Assembly: GCA_947367315.1 (NCBI GenBank) | Contig: CANBDX010000001.1 | Coordinates: 16,305 to 80,304, forward strand | Length of the DNA: 64,000 nt | Direction: 5' to 3' | From: an uncultured Bacteroidales bacterium | GTDB taxonomy: Bacteria; Bacteroidota; Bacteroidia; Bacteroidales; UBA932 | In this document: one piece after another, positions 1 to 10,310 of the stretch | Position numbering within the stretch: the stretch's first letter is position 1 | How the letters are laid out: every line of letters starts with the position of its first letter | The notes under the pieces: generated by a model | The model's input: only the letters and a program-made list of their open reading frames with translations | Told to the model about the DNA's origin: nothing | Databases searched by the model: none | Position numbers and translations under genes: made by a program

Positions 1-9
1 CGCAGATAA

Positions 10-1641
10 TCATCTGTCGGCGAATCTCCTGACGATGGCCGCCAGAAGGAGCATGCAGAAAAGGAAGGTGCATATGCGCCCTGTGATGTCTCCGTGGGCA
101 ACATAGAATGTTATGTCATTCCTTAAAGGAATCTGACCTTTGATTACAGCCGGCTCCCACCACGGGGTCGGCTGGATTATTTCTCCGGAAGGGCTTATGA
201 TGGCGCTGATGCCGGTGTTTGCGCATCTTGCGATGGCGCGGCGTGTCTCTATTGCGCGGAGCGAAGCATAGCTGAGATGCTGCCTGTATCCGGGAGTGTC
301 TCCCCACCACGCATCGTTTGTGATGATGGTCATGGCCTCCGCTCCCTTGCGGATATAATCCGTGTAATATTCTCCGTAAACGGATTCGTAGCATACGGCG
401 CTTCCGACTGGAATTCTCTCTCCATCAAGAGATTCTACATTAAGAAGCGAGATTTCCTCCTGGCCTACGCATCTGCCCATCACTCCTCCAAGCATGTTGT
501 CGATCCTGCAGAATATTTCCGGATATGGAGTATGCTCGACTCCTACGACCAGCTTGCTCTTGTGGAAAATCTCCGTACGGCATGTGGCGTCTGTAATCAG
601 AGCCGAATTGTGAGATTCCACCCAAAGATTGTTTCCGAGGTTGCGTGCTGTATGCGAAGGTGCTTCGGCGGACTCTATATAATCGTATGATGATGCTCCG
701 AAAAGAATGTTCACATTCGGATAATCATTGAGGAATCCTGTGAATCTTCTCCATGTGCGGCTGCGCTGGTATTCTCCCGGGATTATGTCTCTGGTGAATG
801 TCTCCGGGGCTACGATCAGGAGGGGAGCTGCGGTGGAGTCTCCCTTCCTGTACTCGAGCTGCTTTTCGGCCTGACTCAGAAGTATGGCGTTCTGCTGTTC
901 CTGGGTCATAGCCTGGAACTTGTTGTATGGGTCGATGTTAGGCTGGATGATGAGCACTTCAAGCTGTCGGCCGCTGTCATTCATGCAGTCCTGATACTGT
1001 TTCCCTATGGAAGATGAAACGACAGGTGGAATAATGAAAAGCGCAAATATGCCGGTTATTGCGGCAATTCTTGCCTTTATGTTCCATTCACCCCATCTTC
1101 CTGAAGACATGCTTGTCATGAGGCCGAAAAGGCTGAGGTTGGAAACCCATATCCAGAGTGATCCTCCGAGCGAACCTGTGAATTCATACCACTGTATCGC
1201 CCATGTTGTCCTTGCGAACGAGTTGCCGAGCACAAGCCACGGCCATGAGATTTCGGCGTCGAAATAGAATCGCTCCCATGCTATCCATGTGACCATGAGG
1301 AATATGTATGGCAGTGCCCCGGAGAATCTCTTCCTGCTCATGCGGAACAGGCCGAAAACCAGTGACATCTGGAAGGCATTCGCGAAAATCGCGAACAGCC
1401 CGCCTCCTACTGTGGCGTTGCACACCCAGAATGTAGTCGCGGCATTCCACAGCACGAAGGCGCTGTAGTGGTATGCCCATATGTGCTTCTTGCCGAGCAT
1501 GGTGGCGATTCTCTCCATGCACAGCAGAGGTATCATTCCGAATAATGCCAGCAGTCCTGTCCCTGGTATGATATATGGCAATGACATCATGGCTGCAAAC
1601 AGCAGGATAAGACTCCATATGAGGATATTCTCTTTTTTCAT
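10..1641 (-). CDS. lnt: Apolipoprotein N-acyltransferase
   Basis: N-terminal TM helices, QPNID motif, nitrilase triad E(PET)/K(HKSKLV)/C(VCYES), NDAWW and RAIE motifs. Confidence 0.93.
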   Translation of the reverse strand: MKKENILIWSLILLFAAMMSLPYIIPGTGLLALFGMIPLLCMERIATMLGKKHIWAYHYSAFVLWNAATTFWVCNATVGGGLFAIFANAFQMSLVFGLFRMSRKRFSGALPYIFLMVTWIAWERFYFDAEISWPWLVLGNSFARTTWAIQWYEFTGSLGGSLWIWVSNLSLFGLMTSMSSGRWGEWNIKARIAAITGIFALFIIPPVVSSSIGKQYQDCMNDSGRQLEVLIIQPNIDPYNKFQAMTQEQQNAILLSQAEKQLEYRKGDSTAAPLLIVAPETFTRDIIPGEYQRSRTWRRFTGFLNDYPNVNILFGASSYDYIESAEAPSHTARNLGNNLWVESHNSALITDATCRTEIFHKSKLVVGVEHTPYPEIFCRIDNMLGGVMGRCVGQEEISLLNVESLDGERIPVGSAVCYESVYGEYYTDYIRKGAEAMTIITNDAWWGDTPGYRQHLSYASLRAIETRRAIARCANTGISAIISPSGEIIQPTPWWEPAVIKGQIPLRNDITFYVAHGDITGRICTFLFCMLLLAAIVRRFADR

Positions 1642-1663
1642 ATGACAACTCTTTTCAGTCGGG

Positions 1664-1692
1664 CAAAGTTATAAAAATTATTGCTACCTTTG
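1664..1692. promoter_or_regulatory. Back-to-back Bacteroidetes sigmaA -7 boxes for lnt (TAACTTTG, minus strand 1664-1671) and the LysE gene (TACCTTTG, plus strand 1685-1692)
   Basis: Exact TAnnTTTG matches in the divergent intergenic gap. Confidence 0.6.
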
Positions 1693-1723
1693 TGTGATTG
1701 TGGCTTTGTAAGTACACTTATTA

Positions 1724-2383
1724 ATGCTGTATGTTATGATTGAGGAAATTATAAAGGCTTTTCTGGTTGGAGTATGTGCATCGGTCCCTGTTGGTCCGAT
1801 TGCTATCTTCGTGGTACAGAAATCTTTAAGTCAGGGACATAAGGCCGGATTCATCGCCGGGCTTGGTGCGAGCGTGGTGGATACCATATTCGCCATAATA
1901 GCTATTTTTGCCCTGGCATTCGCCCAGGAATTCATCAACCAGCATCAGAACATTATTCTTCTTGCCGGAGGTGCTGTCCTTGTCCTGCTTGGTATAAGCA
2001 TGGCATTCTCCGATCCTTTCAAAAGAATCAAGGGAGAAGGTTCTTCATCCGTGTCCCCTAAGGATTTCGGAAAGTCTGTGGCTATGGGATTGTCGAATCC
2101 CATGGCGATATTCGTGCTCTTTACGTTGTTCGCCTTTTTCGGTCTGACCGATGAGGCACCCCATACTTGGAAAGTTGCTCCGATAATACTTTCCGTGAGC
2201 GCCGGCACGGTGGTATGGTGGTTCGGCCTGTCATGGCTAATAAGCCGTTTCCGCAGGAAATTCAAGATGAGGACCATATTGTGGATAAGCAGGGTCACAG
2301 GTGCCGTAGTGGTGATAATCGGTGTGACATTGCTCGGACAGGGACTTTTCAATGTGCTTTTCATGGGAAAACCGATCATATAA
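1724..2383 (+). CDS. LysE/RhtB family translocator
   Basis: PVGP motif near the N-terminus, hydrophobic helices, LSNP motif, about 215 aa. Confidence 0.85.
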   Translation: MLYVMIEEIIKAFLVGVCASVPVGPIAIFVVQKSLSQGHKAGFIAGLGASVVDTIFAIIAIFALAFAQEFINQHQNIILLAGGAVLVLLGISMAFSDPFKRIKGEGSSSVSPKDFGKSVAMGLSNPMAIFVLFTLFAFFGLTDEAPHTWKVAPIILSVSAGTVVWWFGLSWLISRFRRKFKMRTILWISRVTGAVVVIIGVTLLGQGLFNVLFMGKPII

Positions 2384-2400
2384 TCAAATAGCTTCTTATA

Positions 2401-3534
2401 ATGGAAAAATCTAAAGTTTTCTTCACCGATCTGAGGACTGTTCCAGGGAACGACCTCCTGACCAAGCTTGAAAGACTTATACGTCGTGCAGGCATAGGCG
2501 ATATAGACTTTGACGGAAAATTCACTGCTGTCAAGATTCACTTCGGCGAACCTGGCAACCTGGCGTATATCCGCCCTAACTATGCTGCGCGTGTGATTGA
2601 CGTAATCCGCTCTCTTGGTGGCAAACCGTTCCTTACAGACTCCAATACACTTTATTCCGGTGGCCGCTCCAATGCTGTAGACCATCTGAATGCTGCTAAT
2701 GAGAACGGTTTCAACAGAATCGGGGCTCATGCTGATGTGATTATAGCGGACGGTCTGAAGGGAACTGATTATAAGGAAGTGCCTTGCGGAGGCAGATACT
2801 GTCCTGCTCCTAAGATCGGCGCTGCCATCGCTGATGCCGATATCGTGATTTCCATGAATCATTTCAAGGGACATGAACAGAGCGGTTTCGGCGGTGCGCT
2901 CAAGAATCTCGGAATGGGTTCTGCAAGCGTAGGAGGCAAGCTTGAGCTGCACTCTTCTTCGCAGCCTTGCATCGATGAGAATAACTGCATAGGATGCCGC
3001 ATATGCGAGAAATACTGCCGTCACGATGCCGTGAAGGTCGTGGACAGGAAGGCTGTCATCGATTATGACAAGTGCGTCGGATGCGGACAGTGTGTGGCCG
3101 TATGCCAGAAGTCTGCTGCAGTCATCAAGGATTACGATACTTCTGAGGTTCTGAACAGCAAAATCGCCGAGTATGCCCTTGCTGTGGTGAAGGGAAAGCC
3201 TTCATTTCATATCAGCTTCATAATGAATGTCTCTCCGAACTGCGACTGCTGGGGACACAATGATGCTGCCATAGTGCCGGATCTGGGTATGGCTGCTTCT
3301 TTTGATCCGGTAGCTCTTGATTGTGCTTGTGCGGATCTCGTGAAGGCTGCTCCGAGTCTTTCCGGTAATGCCATTTCCGACAAGGAAGGCGCATGCAGCT
3401 GCGGACATCACCATCATCATCAGGGTGATGACAAGTTCCGCATCGTGCATCCTGATACAAACTGGGAGGCTGGTGTCGAATATGGCGAAGAGATAGGCCT
3501 GGGATGCCGCGATTATGAACTTGTAAGGATCTAA
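2401..3534 (+). CDS. DUF362 domain protein with 2x[4Fe-4S] ferredoxin domain
   Basis: KIHFGE, HFKGH and KNLGMG motifs; CxxCxxCxxxC twice; His-rich tail. Confidence 0.85.
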   Translation: MEKSKVFFTDLRTVPGNDLLTKLERLIRRAGIGDIDFDGKFTAVKIHFGEPGNLAYIRPNYAARVIDVIRSLGGKPFLTDSNTLYSGGRSNAVDHLNAANENGFNRIGAHADVIIADGLKGTDYKEVPCGGRYCPAPKIGAAIADADIVISMNHFKGHEQSGFGGALKNLGMGSASVGGKLELHSSSQPCIDENNCIGCRICEKYCRHDAVKVVDRKAVIDYDKCVGCGQCVAVCQKSAAVIKDYDTSEVLNSKIAEYALAVVKGKPSFHISFIMNVSPNCDCWGHNDAAIVPDLGMAASFDPVALDCACADLVKAAPSLSGNAISDKEGACSCGHHHHHQGDDKFRIVHPDTNWEAGVEYGEEIGLGCRDYELVRI

Positions 3535-3577
3535 AGTGGTAACTTGTAGATAATCAATAATATAGAATTTACGAAGT

Positions 3578-4426
3578 ATGGCAAAGAAAGAGGCTGGTTC
3601 TAAGAAAAAAGTTCCTGGTATGTGGCTGTTGAGGCATCTGCTTCTGGCAGTCGCTGTGGTGGTGCTGCTTGTGGCTGCCGCATATTTCCTGCTGAAGAAC
3701 GTGACAATGCATGGCGAGGAGATTCCTGTTCCGGATTTCTCCAACCTTACTGTTGTGGAGGCCTCGGAACTTGCCGCCCGTAAGGAGATGAGGGTGGAGG
3801 TGACGGATTCGGTGTTTGTGAAAAGGATGAAGAGAGGAGCCGTCTACAGACAGAATCCTGCTCCTGGCAACAAGGTTAAGAAAGGACGTCGTATCCACCT
3901 GACCATCAATGCCGTGAACCCTAAGGAAATTACAATGCCCGATCTTGTGGGACATTCCATGCGTCAGGCCAAGGCCGAGCTTCTTTCCCGTGGGCTTGTG
4001 CTCGGACAGCTTATATATGTGCATGATATAGCGACCAATAATGTGCTCCGGCAGCTCCTTGACGGCAAGGAGGTCGAGCCGGGCACCATGATAGAGAGCG
4101 AGTCGGTTATTGACCTTGTAGTGGGCTTGAATGCAGTGGATGAAGTAGCTGTAGCACCATATCTTCCGGGTCTGAAATACCTGAGCGCCATCGAGGCTAT
4201 ACATGACCATTCCTTGAATGTGGGCGATGTTGTTTTTGACGAGACAGTCAAGGATTATGAGGATAGTCTGAATGCGGTAGTGTTCTTTCAGAAGCCGATG
4301 CCGTCGGATACGGTTATTGTGAATATGGGCGATTCGGTGTCTTTCCATCTCACTCTTGACCATTCTAAGATTCCTGTGATCCCGGTAGAGGAAGAAGTTG
4401 ATTCGTTGGATGTAGAAGTACAGTAG
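3578..4426 (+). CDS. PASTA domain-containing membrane protein
   Basis: N-terminal TM helix, then repeated VPD...Q.P.PG..V PASTA units; precedes rluD as is usual in Bacteroidetes. Confidence 0.85.
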   Translation: MAKKEAGSKKKVPGMWLLRHLLLAVAVVVLLVAAAYFLLKNVTMHGEEIPVPDFSNLTVVEASELAARKEMRVEVTDSVFVKRMKRGAVYRQNPAPGNKVKKGRRIHLTINAVNPKEITMPDLVGHSMRQAKAELLSRGLVLGQLIYVHDIATNNVLRQLLDGKEVEPGTMIESESVIDLVVGLNAVDEVAVAPYLPGLKYLSAIEAIHDHSLNVGDVVFDETVKDYEDSLNAVVFFQKPMPSDTVIVNMGDSVSFHLTLDHSKIPVIPVEEEVDSLDVEVQ

Positions 4427-4430
4427 CTGA

Positions 4431-5540
4431 ATGAAGGATATGTTTTATGATATGGAGGATGCTCCACTGGAGGATTTCGATCCGGTAGCTGCCGGAGATG
4501 AGGTGGCGTATGAGGATGAGCAGCAGGAGATGTTCGAGCATTACAGGTTCGACATCGCTGCAGGGCAGGTGCCGATGCGTGTGGACAAGTATCTTTCCAC
4601 CCATATGGAATACACTTCCCGCCACCGCATCCAGCTTGCGATAAAGGCGGAGTATATCCGTGTCAATGATAAGATCGTCAAGGCAAACTACATTGTCCGT
4701 CCCGGCGATGTGGTGACTTTTGTTATGCCATATCAGAGGCGTGGCCTTGAAATCCTGCCTGAGGATATTCCTTTGAATATAGTCTATGAGGATGACGATG
4801 TGCTGGTGCTGAACAAGGAGGCCGGCATGGTAGTCCATCCGGGGCATGGCCATTTCAGCGGAACGCTTGTGAATGCCCTGGCCCATCATCTGGGTATCTC
4901 TCAGGGCCCTGATGCCCAGGATGAGAGGATGGGTGTGCTGGTGCATCGTATTGACAAGGATACTTCCGGACTTCTTGTCGTGGCAAAGAATGACGAGGCT
5001 CAGCTCAATCTGGCCAAGCAGTTCTTCGTCCATTCAATCGAACGCCGTTATGTCGCCATCGTGTGGGGAAATCTGAAGGAAGACGAGGGTACCATCACCG
5101 GCAATATCGGCCGTGACCCTAATGACAGGATGCGTTTCAAGGTGTTCCCGGAAGGAGATCATGGAAAACATGCAGTCACGCATTACAGGGTGCTGGAAAG
5201 ATTCGGTTATGTGACTGTCGTGGAATGTCGTCTTGAAACAGGACGTACTCATCAGATTCGTGTCCACTTCAACTGGATCGGTCACCCTCTTTTCAACGAT
5301 GCAAGATATGACGGAGCCGAGATACGTAAAGGTACCATCTATGCGAAGTACCGTCAGTTCATAGAGAATTGCTTCAGACTCCTGCCGCGTCAGGCGCTGC
5401 ATGCCAAGACTCTTGGCTTTGTGCATCCGCGCAGCGGAGAGATGGTGAGGTTTGATTCGCGTCTTCCTGAGGACATGCAGTCTCTTATCGACAAGTGGCG
5501 CAGGTATTCCGAGAATATGGCCCAGTTCCTTGAAGAATAA
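4431..5540 (+). CDS. rluD: RluA-family 23S rRNA pseudouridine synthase (RluD-like)
   Basis: S4 domain, VHRIDKDTSG catalytic motif, GRTHQIRVH. Confidence 0.9.
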   Translation: MKDMFYDMEDAPLEDFDPVAAGDEVAYEDEQQEMFEHYRFDIAAGQVPMRVDKYLSTHMEYTSRHRIQLAIKAEYIRVNDKIVKANYIVRPGDVVTFVMPYQRRGLEILPEDIPLNIVYEDDDVLVLNKEAGMVVHPGHGHFSGTLVNALAHHLGISQGPDAQDERMGVLVHRIDKDTSGLLVVAKNDEAQLNLAKQFFVHSIERRYVAIVWGNLKEDEGTITGNIGRDPNDRMRFKVFPEGDHGKHAVTHYRVLERFGYVTVVECRLETGRTHQIRVHFNWIGHPLFNDARYDGAEIRKGTIYAKYRQFIENCFRLLPRQALHAKTLGFVHPRSGEMVRFDSRLPEDMQSLIDKWRRYSENMAQFLEE

Positions 5541-5552
5541 TGCGGGGAAATC

Positions 5553-6446
5553 TTAGTCGTCAATAGGCTCCAGCAGAGGACTTTCGTCTGTGAAGTGGCT
5601 CAGTACTGCGTCGGTGTATGTCTTTGTGACCGGCAGAGGCGGGATGTTCTCGTTTGCCAGATCCAGTACATAACCGTCATTCTCCTTCCTGAGCATGGAG
5701 ACTTTCTTGATGTTCACAATGAACTTTCTGTTGCATCTTACCAGTCCGCTGTTCCTGAAGTCCTCTTCTACTGTCTTGAGACGGCAACGAAGCATATATT
5801 GCTTCATCTCGCCTTTGCTGTCGGTGTACCACACCTTTATATAATTGTCATCGGACTCGATATAGTAAAGGTTGTCCGGGCTGAGGGACAACTTGAGGGT
5901 ACCGCTGTTGTCGAACAGGGTTATCTTTGTTTTCTGCGACTCCGGCTTCGGAGGCTCGTCAGTAACGATGTGCTCATAGTTCAGAAGCTTGATGGTCTTG
6001 TCCTTGTCGATGATGGCAAAATACATTCCGGCTATGATGTAGGGCACTCCGAGGGCGATAACTCCCGATATCAGGGAGTGCCGGAATATCTCCATGAAGT
6101 CTCCGTTGCCATGCATGATGAACTCTATGGTGAACCAGGCGTAAAGAAGGCATGTAAACAGGATTTCCACTCCGCACCATATTATATAAGACAGGTAGTT
6201 CATTGTCCAGAATCTTTTTGTCTTGTACATCAACATTCGGCTGGCAATGAGCATTACGATGATTGTCATACCATAGGCGATGGTTGTCAGGAATGTTCCC
6301 GATTCTCCCAGCTCGAACCATGCGGTGTCCGAGAATGGAATATATATGTTGAGGAATATTATGGCGACCAGTACCGAGAAGGTCACTGTGCCGATAAGTT
6401 GATATTTTCCCAGCAGGTATTCCGGGAGCTTCTTATATAATATCAT
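5553..6446 (-). CDS. Membrane-anchored LytTR-family transcriptional regulator
   Basis: About 4 TM helices, then a LytTR domain (YIESDDNY, RCNRKFIVN). Start set at ATG 6446 because a TACATTTG box lies at 6477-6484 (minus). Confidence 0.8.
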   Translation of the reverse strand: MILYKKLPEYLLGKYQLIGTVTFSVLVAIIFLNIYIPFSDTAWFELGESGTFLTTIAYGMTIIVMLIASRMLMYKTKRFWTMNYLSYIIWCGVEILFTCLLYAWFTIEFIMHGNGDFMEIFRHSLISGVIALGVPYIIAGMYFAIIDKDKTIKLLNYEHIVTDEPPKPESQKTKITLFDNSGTLKLSLSPDNLYYIESDDNYIKVWYTDSKGEMKQYMLRCRLKTVEEDFRNSGLVRCNRKFIVNIKKVSMLRKENDGYVLDLANENIPPLPVTKTYTDAVLSHFTDESPLLEPIDD

Positions 6447-6626
6447 TGATGTTCCTGTTTGAGGTTTTAGCGGTGACAAATGTATGAATTTTGCCACAAA
6501 TAACCAAAATTCGCCATCCTCTCAAACGATGTGGTGGAATCCGCCATTCAATGCGGTTATCTCACCACATTTGTTTCCTGACCGACTTTATACGATATAA
6601 TTTTGCGTCAGGTAAATTACTTTATT

Positions 6627-7574
6627 ATGAAGATTAAAGGAACGGGGAGCGTGCTTCCCAAGAAGATTGTTACCAATGATATGCTGTCGGAATTTCTCGA
6701 CACAAGTGATCAGTGGATTGCGTCAAGGACAGGGGTCAGGAGCCGTAAAGTGATTTCTGATGAGAAGCTTGAAGATATGGCAGTCGAGGCTGCCTTGCTG
6801 GCATTGGAGGATGCCGGAATGAATGCCGGGAATCTGGATCTTATCATATGTTCCAATGTTGTGAACGAGTATATAACCCCGCAGCTCAGCTGTATCATCC
6901 AGGGTGGTATCGGCGCCTCATGTCCGTGCATGGACATCAATTGTGCATGTGCCGGTTTCCTATATGCCTTAGATATTGCAGACTCTTACAATAAGGCGGG
7001 TAAGGCTAGGAATGTGCTCATAGTGTGCGCAGAGGAACCGACAAGGATGACTGACTGGACTGACCGCAGGACCTGCGTCTTGTTTGGCGACGGTGCAGCT
7101 GCTGTAGTCCTCGGCGAGGGCGAAGGTATAAAAGGAATAAGCCTGTCGGCTGCGAGCGCAACAGATAAGCTCTGGCAATACAGAGTTTTGCAGCCGACTC
7201 CTTATATTACGAAGGAAGAGCATGATGTGCCTTTGCAGATGAAGGGGCAGGATGTGTTTAAGTTTGCTGTAAAGGCTGCCGGAAAGGATATATCCAAGAC
7301 CCTTTCTGATGTCGGGGTCAGGCCGGATGATGTGGACTGGTATCTGGTCCATCAGGCTAATATACGCATTATCGAAGCAATACAGGATTATCTGGAGCAG
7401 CCTGAGTCTAAGTTCCCTGTAAATATATATGATCACGGTAACTCATCAAGTTCCAGTTGTCCCATACTTTTGGACGAAAACCGAAGAAAAGGGTTGTTGA
7501 GGGAAGGCGATATTGTAGTGTTGAGTGCGTTTGGGGCTGGATTCGTTTCAGGAGCTGCTGTGATTGAAATGTAA
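6627..7574 (+). CDS. fabH: 3-oxoacyl-ACP synthase III
   Basis: Cys-His-Asn triad (NCACAGF, HQAN, GNSS), DTSDQWI, FGDGA. Confidence 0.9.
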   Translation: MKIKGTGSVLPKKIVTNDMLSEFLDTSDQWIASRTGVRSRKVISDEKLEDMAVEAALLALEDAGMNAGNLDLIICSNVVNEYITPQLSCIIQGGIGASCPCMDINCACAGFLYALDIADSYNKAGKARNVLIVCAEEPTRMTDWTDRRTCVLFGDGAAAVVLGEGEGIKGISLSAASATDKLWQYRVLQPTPYITKEEHDVPLQMKGQDVFKFAVKAAGKDISKTLSDVGVRPDDVDWYLVHQANIRIIEAIQDYLEQPESKFPVNIYDHGNSSSSSCPILLDENRRKGLLREGDIVVLSAFGAGFVSGAAVIEM

Positions 7575-7607
7575 CGTAAAATTTTTATATTTGTAAATTG
7601 AAACTTA

Positions 7608-8558
7608 ATGAATATGGCTGAAAACAGGATCTGTAATCTGCTCGGAATCGAGTATCCGATATTTCAGGGTGGAATGGCATGGGTTGCTGATGCTTCTCTT
7701 GCTGCTGCTGTATCGCAGGCCGGAGGATTGGGGTTGATCTCCTCTGTCAATGCCGGCACCGAGGCAGTGAGGAACGAAATCCGGAAGTGCAGGGAATTGA
7801 CAGATAAGCCGTTTGGCGTAAATATCATGCTTCAGGCTCCCAATGCGGATGAAATTGCTGCGATGGTGGTGGAGGAAGGTGTGAAGATTCTGACAACGGG
7901 TGCGGGATCTCCTGTACGGTATATGCAGATGTGGAAGGATGCGGGAATAAAAGTGATACCTGTTGTGGCTTCTGTTGCCCTTGCTCTGAAGATGGAGGCA
8001 GCAGGAGCTGATGCAGTTGTCGCAGAAGGCGCTGAGTCTGGAGGACATGTAGGGGAACTTCATACAATGGCACTAGTTCCTCAGGTTGTAGATGCCCTGA
8101 ATATTCCGGTGATAGCTGCAGGAGGTATCTGTGACGGCCGAGGTGCCGCTGCCGCATTTATGCTTGGGGCAGAAGCTGTTCAGGTGGGAACCCGCTTCCT
8201 TGCTGCGGAGGAATGCAATGTGCATGAAGTTTACAAGGAAAAGGTGATTAAGGCTACTGACATATCTACTATAGTGACAGGAAAGAGTCTAGGTCATCCT
8301 GTGCGGTCTCTTAAGACACCTTTCTCAAAAACGTTTGCGCGTATGGAAAGCGACCCGTCGGTTTCTAAAGATGAGATACTTGCCTTTGGCAGCGGAGCTC
8401 TAAGAAAGGCTGTACAGGAAGGAGCCTCTGACGGCAGCTATATGGCCGGTGAATGTGCCGGCATGGTAAAGAAGATTGAACCTGCTCAGGATATTGTTGA
8501 GGATATCATTCTGGGCGCTTATCGGATAATTGAATCTTATTGTAATGATACAATGTAA
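7608..8558 (+). CDS. fabK: Enoyl-ACP reductase II (FMN-dependent, nitronate monooxygenase family)
   Basis: YPIFQGGMAW, EGAESGGH, AAGGI.DG; lies in a fab cluster. Confidence 0.88.
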   Translation: MNMAENRICNLLGIEYPIFQGGMAWVADASLAAAVSQAGGLGLISSVNAGTEAVRNEIRKCRELTDKPFGVNIMLQAPNADEIAAMVVEEGVKILTTGAGSPVRYMQMWKDAGIKVIPVVASVALALKMEAAGADAVVAEGAESGGHVGELHTMALVPQVVDALNIPVIAAGGICDGRGAAAAFMLGAEAVQVGTRFLAAEECNVHEVYKEKVIKATDISTIVTGKSLGHPVRSLKTPFSKTFARMESDPSVSKDEILAFGSGALRKAVQEGASDGSYMAGECAGMVKKIEPAQDIVEDIILGAYRIIESYCNDTM

Positions 8559-8570
8559 ATAGAAGATTTT

Positions 8571-9821
8571 ATGACAAGAAGAGTTGTTGTGACCGGCACG
8601 GGAATAATTTCTCCTGTCGGAAATGATGTAAAGACTTATTGGAAGAATATTGTTGAAGGAGTTTGTGGAATAGAACTTATAACTTCTTTCCCGACTGATG
8701 ATCTTCCTGCGAAAGTGGCTGGAGAAGTGAAGGACTTTAATCCGGCGGATTATGAAATAGAACCCGGTTTTGCCAGAAAACAGGATATGTTTACCATATA
8801 TGCGGTGGCTGCAGCATGGCAGGCTGTGAAGGAGTCAGGCCTTGTATCTGCTGAAGACGGGAATATCGCTCCTGAGCGGTTCGGGGTATATGTCGGCTCC
8901 GGAATCGGAGGCTTCAAGACTATTGAGAAGGAGACCCTGAAGATGGCTAATGAAGGTCCGAGATGGGTTTCTCCGCTGTTCATACCTACCATAATCTCGA
9001 ATATAGCGGCCGGGAATATAGCTATAAGGAATAATGCATGCGGACCATGTATGCCGGTTGTGACCGCTTGCGCAACTTCAACACATGCCATCGGTGAGGC
9101 TTTCAGAGCCATAAAGCATGGGTATGCCGATGCCATAATTGCAGGTGGTTCCGAAGCCCCGCTTATTCCTCTCGCTGTTGCTGGATTTGCCAATGCCAAG
9201 GCTCTGTCACGATCGGAAAATCCTAAATATTCATCACTTCCGTTCAATAAGAACCGTGGCGGTTTCGTAATGGGAGAGGGCGCTGCAATGCTTGTACTTG
9301 AGGAGTATGAACATGCGGTGGCACGTGGTGCCGAGATAATTGCTGAGGTGTGCGGCTATGGGAACACATGCGACGCTTACCATGTGACAGCACCGCGTCC
9401 TGACGGAAAGACTCAGGCTGCAGCCATAAGGCAGGCTCTTGACGAAGCCGGATATACTTCCGATGATGTGCTCTATATCAATGCTCATGGAACGGGAACC
9501 GCATTGAATGATGTATGTGAGACAATGGCCTTCAAACTGGCTCTTGGAGAGGATGCTTATAAAGCTCATATAAGTTCTACAAAGGGCACTACGGGTCATA
9601 TGCTTGGTGCTGCAGGTGGTGTTGAAGCTATTGCTGCGGTCCTCGCCTTGAAGAACGGAATAGTCCCTCCTACTGCCAATCTTGATGAAATCGATCCGGA
9701 ATGTGACTTGAACTACACTCCAAATGTAGCTGTCAAGGCTGATCTGACAATGGCTATATCTGATTCTCTTGGCTTCGGAGGCCATAACGGATGTATTGCG
9801 TTTAGAAAATATATAAATTAA
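8571..9821 (+). CDS. fabF: 3-oxoacyl-ACP synthase II
   Basis: RRVVVTG, TACAT, NAHGTGT, GHMLGAAG, GFGGHN. Confidence 0.93.
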   Translation: MTRRVVVTGTGIISPVGNDVKTYWKNIVEGVCGIELITSFPTDDLPAKVAGEVKDFNPADYEIEPGFARKQDMFTIYAVAAAWQAVKESGLVSAEDGNIAPERFGVYVGSGIGGFKTIEKETLKMANEGPRWVSPLFIPTIISNIAAGNIAIRNNACGPCMPVVTACATSTHAIGEAFRAIKHGYADAIIAGGSEAPLIPLAVAGFANAKALSRSENPKYSSLPFNKNRGGFVMGEGAAMLVLEEYEHAVARGAEIIAEVCGYGNTCDAYHVTAPRPDGKTQAAAIRQALDEAGYTSDDVLYINAHGTGTALNDVCETMAFKLALGEDAYKAHISSTKGTTGHMLGAAGGVEAIAAVLALKNGIVPPTANLDEIDPECDLNYTPNVAVKADLTMAISDSLGFGGHNGCIAFRKYIN

Positions 9822-9879
9822 ATCTCTGACCTGATCTTAACCTGTTACATGTACTTTAACTTAAAAATATCAGCACACA

Positions 9880-10293
9880 ATGAATAGAGACGAATTGAAA
9901 CAGTATCTCCCCCACAGGGAACCGATGCTGTTGATTGATGAGGTGATCATAGATGAGGCCGGCATTGCTCATGCGAGATACCGCATAAGAGAGGATGAAT
10001 TTTTCTGCAGGGGACATTTCCCGGGCAATCCCTTGGTTCCAGGGGTCATTCAATGTGAGATTATGGCACAGAGTTGTGCTGCTCTCGTGCTTGGCGATCT
10101 GAAAGGTAAGACCACCCTATACACAGGAATGGATGGCATCAGGTTCAAGAATCTTATAAGGCCGGGTGATCTTTGTGAGATTACTGCCAGACTTGATGAT
10201 GTCAGAGGTAATATCTATTTCTGTAGTGCAGTCGTAAAGGTTGATGGAAGAATATGCTGCAAAGGCAGTCTATCGTTTGCCTTGGTGGACTGA
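9880..10293 (+). CDS. fabZ: 3-hydroxyacyl-ACP dehydratase (stand-alone)
   Basis: LPHREPMLLID and GHFPGNP.VPGV..E.MAQ motifs. Confidence 0.88.
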   Translation: MNRDELKQYLPHREPMLLIDEVIIDEAGIAHARYRIREDEFFCRGHFPGNPLVPGVIQCEIMAQSCAALVLGDLKGKTTLYTGMDGIRFKNLIRPGDLCEITARLDDVRGNIYFCSAVVKVDGRICCKGSLSFALVD

Positions 10294-10310
10294 TAATCAG
10301 AAAAGGAAGC

